A stretch of 64,000 nt of DNA. It comes from an uncultured Pseudomonadota bacterium. Lineage in GTDB: Bacteria > Myxococcota_A > Polyangia > Fen-1088. Position 1 is the stretch's first letter, and every line of letters begins with the position of its first letter. Shown here in pieces: positions 56,404-64,000 of this stretch. The translations under genes were made by a program, and so were the position numbers. The DNA is taken from assembly GCA_963847705.1 (NCBI GenBank), contig CAWKBC010000034.1, positions 192,001 through 256,000 of the forward strand, in the 5' to 3' direction. The notes beneath the pieces were generated by a model. That model was not told where the DNA came from. It saw nothing but the letters and a program-made list of their open reading frames with translations, and made no database searches.

Positions 56404-58797
56404 TCATCGCCTGGAGGACCTCGCTGCAGTCGGGGTCCCGCACGAGCCGCTGCTGTCGCAGGTGGCTGGCGCCACACAGTCACCGTCGGAGGTGCACGCG
56501 TTCTTGCAGACGTTGGCGCCGCACTGGTACGGCGCGCACGAGCTCGAGCTGGGCGACAGACAGGTCCCCGAGCCGTCACAGGCGCGTGCCGCCGTGAACA
56601 GATCGCTCCCCACGGGACAGCTCTGGCCGGCGCATACGGTCCCCGGGAGATACTTTTCGCAAGCGCCGTTGCCGTCGCACCGGCCGTCGGTGCCGCAGGA
56701 AGAGGCGCCCTGATCGCCGCAAATTCCCGCGGGATCGACCACGTGCGGGGGGACGTTGGTGCATGTTCCAAGTGCGCTGCTGAGGGCGCATGACTGGCAC
56801 ACCCCGGTGCAGGCCGTGTCGCAGCAGACTCCCTGGGCGCAGTTGCCGCTCGCGCACTCGGCGGATTGCGAACAGGAGGCACCGTCGGTCTTGAGGCCGC
56901 AGCTCGAATCGACGCAGACGCTCGGCGATGCACACTGACTGTTGTTCGAGCAACTGCCGAAGCACTGCGTGCCATTACACTCGAACGGAAAGCACGGCAG
57001 AGGGTTGGGCGCGACACATTGGCCGGTGGCGCCGCAGCTCGAAGGCGGGGTGTAAGCGCCCCCCGCGCAGGTCTCGCTCGCGCAGACGGTCCCTGGGGCG
57101 TAGAGGGCACAACCACCACCGCCGTCACACTTGCCGTTCGTGTCACAAGATGCGGCGCCTCTGTCGACACACAACCCGCGCGGGTCGGGGTTACCGGCCG
57201 CGACCTCGGCGCAGTGCCCGGGCGAGCCAGGGAGGTTGCAGGCTCGGCAGCTGCCAGCGCAGGCACTGTCACAGCAGACGCCGTCCACACAGGTGTTCGA
57301 AGCGCACTCGCCGGCACTCACACAGCTCTGGCCAGGACGCTTGGGGCCGCAACTTCCGTTCACGCATGCATGTCCAGCCACACAGTCGCTGTCGGTCTGA
57401 CAGCTCGCGAGACAGGCTCCGTCCACGCAGAGGAACGGAGTGCAATCGAGGGCGCTTCCCGAACGGCACGTCCCCAAACCATCGCAGCTCCCTGCCGTGT
57501 TGAGAACGTTGCCCGAGCAAGACGGCGCAAGGCAGAGCGTATCGGTCGCGTAGTTCGCGCAACCGCCCAAGCCGTCGCAGGTGCCGTTTTGTCCGCAGGT
57601 CGAAGCCCCATGATCGACGCAGATGCCACGGGGATCAGGGTTGCCGGCGTCGATCTGCCAGCAGGCCCCCAGGCGCCCCGGAAGATTGCAGGCGACGCAG
57701 CCACCTTGGCAGGCGACGTTGCAACAGACGCCGTCGGCGCAGAACCCCGTGATGCAGTCGAGGCCGGTCTCGCAGTGCGCCGCCAGTTCCGCTTTGCCGC
57801 AACTGCCGGTGGCGTCGCAGGTCTGTCCGGCGGCGCACTGGGCGTTGCTCGTGCAGCCTTGCTCGCAGGCGCCAGTCGTCACGTCGCAGGTGAACGGCAG
57901 GCAGAGGATCGCGGTCAGACCCGCGATGCACCGACCAGCTCCGTCGCAGCTGAAGGCACCAATGACGGCGTCACCTGAGCAAGTGCCGCCCACGCAGGTG
58001 TTCCCCAGATAATTCCGGCAGGCGCCGGACCCGTCACAGGTTCCGTCCAGCCCACAGGACGGGGGCGCGTCGGGCGGGCAGTCAGTGGGGTCACGCGGAC
58101 TCGCGCCTACCGGCCGTGAGATGCAGGTCCCCACCGAGCCCGACTCGGTACAGGTCTGACAACCACTGGTGCAGGCATTGTTACAACAGACCCCTTCGAC
58201 ACACTGCTTCGAAGCGCACTGGCCGTTGGTGGCGCAGATCTGTCCAAGCGCTTGCAGGCCACAGCCGCCGTTCACGCAAGCGACTCCCGATCCGCAGTCC
58301 GCATCAGTCCGGCACGAACAGCTGTTCGTCTTGGCGTTGCAGCCGCCGGAACCGCAGTCGGTGGGCTTGCTGGCGATGCAATTTCCCGCGCCGTCGCAGG
58401 TGGCGGCAGGCGTCCAGACCGAGCTGGTGCAGGTCGACGCGGCACAGACCCCGTGAGGATCCAGGACACCCGCGGGTACAGGGAGGCATCGACCCGCGGG
58501 AGGCGAATAATAGTCGGCGCTCGTCGAGAGCGGACCGCAGAACTCGCACGGGCCACGACAAGCTTCGGCGCAACAGTAGCCGTCGGCGCAGAACCCACTG
58601 ATGCATTCGTCGTTGCTCCCGCAAGGGACTCCGGGCGAGAGGCCCCCGTCGCCCGCGCCGGCATTCGCCTGAATGACGTTCACGTCGATGCAGCCGCCCC
58701 CGAGCACGGTCGACAGCGTCGCGGTCAGGACGGAGCAAACGACCCGGCGTTGCGCCGCGGTCAAAACACGGCTCGGATCGAAAATGTCTCGCTCCAT
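56404..58797 (-). CDS. Cys-rich repeat surface lipoprotein (five long disulfide-rich modules)
   Basis: Lipobox-like GGGC; five C-x5-C-x4-C-xx-G-x-CC-x3-C-x3-C-xx-C cores. Confidence 0.85.
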   Translation of the reverse strand: MERDIFDPSRVLTAAQRRVVCSVLTATLSTVLGGGCIDVNVIQANAGAGDGGLSPGVPCGSNDECISGFCADGYCCAEACRGPCEFCGPLSTSADYYSPPAGRCLPVPAGVLDPHGVCAASTCTSSVWTPAATCDGAGNCIASKPTDCGSGGCNAKTNSCSCRTDADCGSGVACVNGGCGLQALGQICATNGQCASKQCVEGVCCNNACTSGCQTCTESGSVGTCISRPVGASPRDPTDCPPDAPPSCGLDGTCDGSGACRNYLGNTCVGGTCSGDAVIGAFSCDGAGRCIAGLTAILCLPFTCDVTTGACEQGCTSNAQCAAGQTCDATGSCGKAELAAHCETGLDCITGFCADGVCCNVACQGGCVACNLPGRLGACWQIDAGNPDPRGICVDHGASTCGQNGTCDGLGGCANYATDTLCLAPSCSGNVLNTAGSCDGLGTCRSGSALDCTPFLCVDGACLASCQTDSDCVAGHACVNGSCGPKRPGQSCVSAGECASNTCVDGVCCDSACAGSCRACNLPGSPGHCAEVAAGNPDPRGLCVDRGAASCDTNGKCDGGGGCALYAPGTVCASETCAGGAYTPPSSCGATGQCVAPNPLPCFPFECNGTQCFGSCSNNSQCASPSVCVDSSCGLKTDGASCSQSAECASGNCAQGVCCDTACTGVCQSCALSSALGTCTNVPPHVVDPAGICGDQGASSCGTDGRCDGNGACEKYLPGTVCAGQSCPVGSDLFTAARACDGSGTCLSPSSSSCAPYQCGANVCKNACTSDGDCVAPATCDSSGSCGTPTAARSSRR

Positions 58798-59822
58798 GGA
58801 TCGATGGCGGCGGTCAGCGGGGGCATCCGTTTTCCGAACCAGTGGTGCAATCCCGAGACCACCAGCAGCGCGCCCCCCGCGATCCAGGACCCGATCCCCA
58901 GATACTGCAGGGTGTCGATGGTGGAGACGCGGTCGCTCTTTTCTGACGGTGAGCAGCCTGGGCTCTGATTGCAGGCGTCCTTGGCGGAGTCGAACTTCGT
59001 GTAGGCGATCCCGTAGAGCACCGTGCCGCCGACCAGCAGCACACCGCCGCCGGCGGCCGCGTAGAGGTCGAAGGACTGTCTCCGGGTCGACTTGCCTGGC
59101 GGCCGGTCGACCAGCGAGACCGTCACCTCGGTGGTCGGCGGGACCGCCGGAGCCGGCAGGGGCTTTGGCTCCTCCACCAGGGGCGGGATCTCCAGCGTGC
59201 GCTGTTCGGCCTCCCTGATCTCCAGCGTCGCCGTCCAGGGACGATGCCCGGGCGCGCTCGCCTTCACGGCATGCATGCCCGGATCGATCGGCATGGCGAC
59301 GCCCAGGCCGCCTTCGTCGAGCGAGCCCGCTTCGCTGGCGACGGTGAGACCGGGGACTGGCGCCCGCGCCGTCAGGGTGAGGCGAGCAAGCTTCGGCTCG
59401 AGCGCGGCGACCTTTTCATCGGCGGCGCGCGCCCGATCCTCCCGCCCCTGCCCCCGCGCCAGGCGGGCCGCGGTCCTGTACTCCGCCCAGGCGGTGGCGG
59501 TCTTCCCTTCTGTCTGGTGGCAGAGCGCCAGGTTCAGCAGCGTTCCCGACGAGGCCTCCTGCGTATAGCTCTCGGTGAAACGCGCGCAGGCCTCGGCGGT
59601 TTTTCCGGCTGCCATCAGTCGCCGGCCGTCCTGGAAGAGGGCCTCGGCGGCGGGGGAGACCGCGCGCGCGGTGACCGGCGCCAGCCCCAGGAGCGCCGCG
59701 ACGGCGGCCGAGATCGCTCGAGACCGCCGCCACTTCACCCTACCCGTCCGGCCCTTCCGACCCCTCAGATCCGTCCGACCTGGCCGATCTGGCCGACCTG
59801 GCCGACCTGGCCTGCTTTTCAA
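58761..59822 (-). CDS. Secreted TPR + PEGA-like protein with hydrophobic C-terminal segments
   Basis: AEALFQDGRRLM...EACARF.ES...GTLLNLALC; IDPGMHAVKASAPG; ends FSIRAVF; start TTG 59822 or GTG 59738. Confidence 0.82.
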   Translation of the reverse strand: MKSRPGRPGRPDRPGRTDLRGRKGRTGRVKWRRSRAISAAVAALLGLAPVTARAVSPAAEALFQDGRRLMAAGKTAEACARFTESYTQEASSGTLLNLALCHQTEGKTATAWAEYRTAARLARGQGREDRARAADEKVAALEPKLARLTLTARAPVPGLTVASEAGSLDEGGLGVAMPIDPGMHAVKASAPGHRPWTATLEIREAEQRTLEIPPLVEEPKPLPAPAVPPTTEVTVSLVDRPPGKSTRRQSFDLYAAAGGGVLLVGGTVLYGIAYTKFDSAKDACNQSPGCSPSEKSDRVSTIDTLQYLGIGSWIAGGALLVVSGLHHWFGKRMPPLTAAIDPWSETFSIRAVF

Positions 59823-61150
59823 GGCTCATCCCAGATTCGGTCCCGCCCGGTCTCGGACGGCGGCGGCGCCGGATGGCGGCGACGCGGGCGGACCGGGCTC
59901 GGCGCGGGAACCGCGAGCAAGGTCTCGCCCTCGGACAGCGCAGGCTTCGCTGGTGACAGGGGCGCCGCTGACGACACCGCGACGGGCGGCGAGATCCCGA
60001 CCGCTCCACTCGAGACCGCGATCGAGCCTCGACTGGTCTTTCGATGTGCGCCCCCCCAGACGACGGTCGCCACCAGCCCGCCTGCGACGGCCAGCGCCGC
60101 CCAGGGACGCGCGCGGCGCCACGGGCTCGTCGCCATCGAGACACCGGCCAGCGCTTGCGCCAGGGCCTCGATCTGCTCGGCGCAGGTGGCGAAGCGATCC
60201 CCCGGCCCGAACGCGCAGGCCCGGGCGAACCAGGCGTCGAAGGCCACGCCCCGGTCGCTGCCGAGAGCGCTCGGGCGCGCCACCGGCCCGCGCGACACCT
60301 CGCGCAGCAAGCCGACCCAGTTGTCACCCGCGAAGTAGTGACGCCCGCAGAGCAGGCGGAACGCGATCAACCCGAGCGCGAATCGATCCGCCGCCGCCGA
60401 GACCTCCTTGGCGCCGATCGCCTGCTCGGGCGCCATGTAGCGTGGCGTTCCCAGAATCTGCCCGGTCGCGGTGGAGCTGCCTTCGCCTTCGGCGGTCATC
60501 TTGGCGATCCCGAAATCGAGGATCTTGACGATCGGCGGCAGGCCCTCGCGCTCGGCCAGGAAGAGGTTCTCCGGTTTGAGATCGCGGTGAACGATCCCTT
60601 CCCGGTGCGCCTTGTCGAGCGCGGGAGCGAGCTGGCGCATCCAATCGACGACCTCGGCCGCCGTCGGCCGGCGCCCGAGGGCGATCCGCTCGAAGTCCTG
60701 CCCGGCCAGGAGCTCCATGACCAGGAAGGGGGCCTCGTCGAGCTCGGGCGCCACGTCGGCGTCGACGACCCGGACGACGTGGTCGCTCTTCACGGAGCTG
60801 TGGATGCGCGCCTCGCGGCGGAAGCGCTCCACCAGCTCCGGCGTCAGCAGCGAGCGCGCCAGCATCAGCTTCAGCGCCAGGTGCTCGCCCGTGTTCGCGT
60901 GAATCACCTCGTAGACGGCGCCCATTCCCCCTTTGGCGATGAGGCGAAGCGGGCGGTACTTGCGGCCGATTGCCGCCGGCAATGCGACCGGCGTGGCCAG
61001 GGAAGGCGCCCGAGAGACCTCCGTGCGGCTGTCAGGAGCCTCCGCTGCGATCGGGGGGGTCGTCGCTTCTCCCGGTTGGTCCGGTGCCACGGCCTGCGCA
61101 GTATAGGCACGGTCGAGATCGGTTGTGCAGGTCTTGTACGACTTGATCAT
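59819..61150 (-). CDS. Membrane Ser/Thr protein kinase
   Basis: GGMG, ALK, HRDLKPEN, DFG, GTPRYMAPE; one TM; Pro-rich tail ending RIWDEP; true start may be downstream (e.g. GTG 61090). Confidence 0.93.
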   Translation of the reverse strand: MIKSYKTCTTDLDRAYTAQAVAPDQPGEATTPPIAAEAPDSRTEVSRAPSLATPVALPAAIGRKYRPLRLIAKGGMGAVYEVIHANTGEHLALKLMLARSLLTPELVERFRREARIHSSVKSDHVVRVVDADVAPELDEAPFLVMELLAGQDFERIALGRRPTAAEVVDWMRQLAPALDKAHREGIVHRDLKPENLFLAEREGLPPIVKILDFGIAKMTAEGEGSSTATGQILGTPRYMAPEQAIGAKEVSAAADRFALGLIAFRLLCGRHYFAGDNWVGLLREVSRGPVARPSALGSDRGVAFDAWFARACAFGPGDRFATCAEQIEALAQALAGVSMATSPWRRARPWAALAVAGGLVATVVWGGAHRKTSRGSIAVSSGAVGISPPVAVSSAAPLSPAKPALSEGETLLAVPAPSPVRPRRRHPAPPPSETGRDRIWDEP

Positions 61151-61182
61151 TGCCTGGCCAACTCGCGTAATACTCGGGTCAC

Positions 61183-62580
61183 ATGTCGGCCGGCGAGAAT
61201 CACCACGGGGGGGACGCGGATCGCGAGCTGGTGGTCTTCTCGAGCGAGGTCCGAACCTTCACTCTGCCGCGGGAAGGGACCGTCACGATTGGCCGTGGAG
61301 AGGCAAACAACGTCCGGATCGACGATCCCTCCGTCTCGCGCAACCATGCCGTTCTTCGGGTCGGCTCCCGGTTGGTCATTCAAGATCTCGGCAGCGCCAA
61401 CGGGACGATGGTGCGCGACAAAGCGGGAGCGGGCTCGGTGGGCGAGACGTTGAACGTTCGGCAGCTCCTCGGTCGGGAGGCCGACCTGGCGGTGGGCGAC
61501 ACGATCCTGTTCGGAACCGCCAGCGTGGTGGTCCGCCACAAGCCGATCGTCGACCTTCCGGATCTCGCTGCCCAGCGTCCTGGGGTCGTCGTCCGGGCCC
61601 CCGCGATGCGCCTCATTTACGAGCAGGCTGCGCGCGCGGCCCGCACGCAGATCAACATCCTCATCCTGGGAGAGACGGGCGTCGGCAAGGAGGTGCTCGC
61701 GCGAGCCATTCATCTGCGCTCGACGCGCGCCAAGGGGCCGTTTCAGGCCATCAACTGCGCCGCCCTCACCGAATCGCTGCAGGAGAGCGAGCTCTTCGGT
61801 CACGAGAAAGGGGCCTTTACCGGCGCGCATCAACCCCGCGCCGGCCTGTTCGAATCCGCCCACAGCGGGACCGTGTTTCTCGACGAGGTGGGGGAGCTCT
61901 CGCCGGGGGCGCAGGCCAAGCTGTTGCGGGTCCTGGAGGAGCGCGCGGTGACCCGGCTCGGTTCGAACCGTGCGCGCCCCGTCGACGTTCGCATCGTGGC
62001 CGCGACGAATCGGGATCCAGAGGCCGACGGTGCCTCCGGCCGGTTTCGCCAGGATCTCTTCTTTCGCTTGAACGGGATCTCGCTGTTGATTCCGCCCCTG
62101 CGCGAGCGCCGGGAGGAGATCGAAACCTTTGCCCGGCTCTTCGTCGCGGCGGCCTGCCAGGGGGTCGAACGAACGGCGACGCCGCTGCTGACGGCCGAGG
62201 CTCTCGAGGTCCTTCGGCAACACGAATGGAAGGGGAACGTGCGTGAGCTTCGCAATGCGATCGAGCGCGCCGTGGCCCTCTGCCCCGGCGACACGATCCT
62301 TCCGGAGCACCTGCCACCGGCCCTCCTCAAGGCCACGGAAGCGCGACGCGCGGCGGCGCTCGCGACCCCACCGTCCGCCGTCGGAAACCGCGCGGCCGCC
62401 CTGCCGGGCGAAATCGAGACGCTGGAGAAGGGACGCATCCTGGACATGCTCGCGGCCTGCGCGGGCAATCAGACGCAAGCCGCACGGAAGCTGGGAATCT
62501 CCCGCGGGACCCTGATCGCACGGCTCGCGGCCTTCGGTGTCCCCCGTCCTCGCAAGCGCGACGACGCGCCGGAGCGATGA
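61183..62580 (+). CDS. FHA-domain sigma54-dependent transcriptional activator (bEBP)
   Basis: FHA (IGR, VSRNHA, SANG), [35 protein letters not shown], Fis HTH. Confidence 0.94.
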   Translation: MSAGENHHGGDADRELVVFSSEVRTFTLPREGTVTIGRGEANNVRIDDPSVSRNHAVLRVGSRLVIQDLGSANGTMVRDKAGAGSVGETLNVRQLLGREADLAVGDTILFGTASVVVRHKPIVDLPDLAAQRPGVVVRAPAMRLIYEQAARAARTQINILILGETGVGKEVLARAIHLRSTRAKGPFQAINCAALTESLQESELFGHEKGAFTGAHQPRAGLFESAHSGTVFLDEVGELSPGAQAKLLRVLEERAVTRLGSNRARPVDVRIVAATNRDPEADGASGRFRQDLFFRLNGISLLIPPLRERREEIETFARLFVAAACQGVERTATPLLTAEALEVLRQHEWKGNVRELRNAIERAVALCPGDTILPEHLPPALLKATEARRAAALATPPSAVGNRAAALPGEIETLEKGRILDMLAACAGNQTQAARKLGISRGTLIARLAAFGVPRPRKRDDAPER

Positions 62581-62592
62581 TCGTCCCGTAGC

Positions 62593-62608
62593 CGGCACGA
62601 TGATTGCT
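62593..62608 (+). promoter_or_regulatory. sigma54 (-24/-12) promoter upstream of the ECF sigma gene
   Basis: CGGCAC-GATGA-TTGCT, 12 nt after the activator stop. Confidence 0.7.
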
Positions 62609-62780
62609 GTGCGTGCCGGCATGGTCCCGGACACGTCGTGGAGCTCGAGAGCGACCGGGCTCGTCGCAGGTTTCGAGCGCGCGGATGGCAGGTGAACCGC
62701 TTTCGCTCCCTGGTCATTGGTCTCCGGAGCCGGTACGGCGGGCGTCGCGAAAAGTTTCTCGGCGGTGGCCAGAGAGCTGC

Positions 62781-63401
62781 GTGACGGCCAACGATGGCAA
62801 AGCGACGGCCGACGAGGCGATGACCCGGTACGGACAGGGCGAAGCGTGTGCCTTCGGGATCGTCTACGACGAGGTAGCGCCCCGCATCGAGAAGTACCTG
62901 CGCCGCCACCTGCGCGAGACGGCGCTGGTCGAGGACGTCGTGCAGCAGACGTTCGAGAACATGCACAGGGCCCGCGGGACGTTCCTGCCCGGCTTCCCGG
63001 TCCTCCCCTGGGCCTTCACCATCGCGAGACGGCTCATGATTGACTGTCCGAAGAAGAGAGGCCGCGAGGTGTCACGCGACATGTCCGCGGAGGACGACGT
63101 CATGAACGCGCTCTTCGTCGCCGCACGGGAGAACGGTGAGGAGAAGGTTCAAGCGCTCGAGACGACGGCGCGCCTGTTGGAGGCCTTCAACCAGCTTTCG
63201 GCGGTGAGGCGTTCCGTGTTCGAGCACGTGAAGATTGAGGGGCTTTCGTACGCCACGGTGGCGGCGATGCACGACCTCACCGAAGACAGCGTGAGAATGC
63301 ACGTTCACCGCGCGTCCAAGGCGCTGCGGGCGGTCGTCGACGGTGTGGAGCAAAGCCCCCGGACACCCAGCGCCAAGAAACAGGCGCCCCGGACTCAGTG
63401 A
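62781..63401 (+). CDS. ECF-type RNA polymerase sigma-70 factor
   Basis: Region 2 (EDVVQQTF, WAFTIARRLMID) and region 4 (EGLSYATVA...SVRMHVHRA); start GTG 62781 or ATG 62685. Confidence 0.88.
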   Translation: MTANDGKATADEAMTRYGQGEACAFGIVYDEVAPRIEKYLRRHLRETALVEDVVQQTFENMHRARGTFLPGFPVLPWAFTIARRLMIDCPKKRGREVSRDMSAEDDVMNALFVAARENGEEKVQALETTARLLEAFNQLSAVRRSVFEHVKIEGLSYATVAAMHDLTEDSVRMHVHRASKALRAVVDGVEQSPRTPSAKKQAPRTQ

Positions 63402-63518
63402 GCCAGCATGGGCCGGGCCTTCCCGCGCGGATACCGAGGAGATTGGACGTGTCGTGTTCCGGCCTTCGCGCGCGGGCCATCTACCAGGAAGTGGGAACGC
63501 GCGGGAACTAGATCCGGC

Positions 63519-63995
63519 TCAGCGATTCCCGCGCCGGACGTAGCTGTGCGCTTCCTTGGCCAGGGCGACCCAGGGAAGCGTCCCCGCCTCAACGGCGATC
63601 CACTCCCTCATCAGACGGCCGTGCCCCGGATCGAACCGTGTCCCCTTGCCCGCCTCGACCAGATCGTCGACGCGCTCCTTCGGGAGCTTCACGACGAAAC
63701 AGCCGCGCGTGAGCATCGCGAAGATCTTGCCGTCGACGGCGAAGGCATTCTCCGAGCTGAACATGCGCCGGCGACTCACGCCCCGGACGTCGGCAAAAGC
63801 GTCGGCGACGGGCGCGAGAACCGGAGGGATCTCGGACGCCGGCGGCTTGGCGGGCCTCCTGTTTTGCGCGGGCTTCGCGGCCTTCGGACTTTTCGCCCGG
63901 CCCGGGCTCTTCGAGGGCGCCAACCGCTTCTGGCTTTTCGCGGGCTGCGCCCGTCCCGCCCGCTTCGGGCTCGCCCGCTTCTTCGAGTTCACCAC
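63519..63995 (-). CDS. TfoX N-terminal-like/YjbR-like domain protein with a basic low-complexity N-tail
   Basis: RRMFSS..FAVDGKIFAML, VVKLP, FDPGHGRLMREW. Confidence 0.75.
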   Translation of the reverse strand: MVNSKKRASPKRAGRAQPAKSQKRLAPSKSPGRAKSPKAAKPAQNRRPAKPPASEIPPVLAPVADAFADVRGVSRRRMFSSENAFAVDGKIFAMLTRGCFVVKLPKERVDDLVEAGKGTRFDPGHGRLMREWIAVEAGTLPWVALAKEAHSYVRRGNR

Positions 63996-64000
63996 GTCAG

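Overview
Very GC-rich bacterial DNA with a gene repertoire typical of Myxococcota (inferred from Ser/Thr kinases, FHA-sigma54 activators, TPR/PEGA proteins and Cys-rich lipoproteins; taxonomy not verified). About 50 CDSs and one tRNA-Ala(GGC). The housekeeping backbone is dgt, rnr, rarA, dacB, gcvTHP, ttcA and lon. The most interesting signals are: (1) a recurring cassette, present twice (34.3-41.9 kb and 56.4-63.4 kb), of FHA-sigma54 activator + membrane Ser/Thr kinase + secreted TPR/PEGA protein + variable surface-lipoprotein cargo, with near-consensus sigma54 -24/-12 promoters and a helically phased triple palindrome that may be the enhancer; (2) a tightly coupled five-gene operon (receiver-only protein, fused double Ddl-like ATP-grasp, DmpA-like peptidase, divergent GshB-like ATP-grasp, GAF-GGDEF) that looks like an uncharacterised peptide ligation/hydrolysis system linked to c-di-GMP; (3) a dispersed ~80-nt structured repeat family with compensatory base changes, at four loci and once translated in-frame; (4) many tandem duplications at gene ends. 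A tandem-kinase gene carries a 1-bp frameshift. No CRISPR array, integrase or transposase was recognised. All calls come from motif reading by eye; no database search was run.
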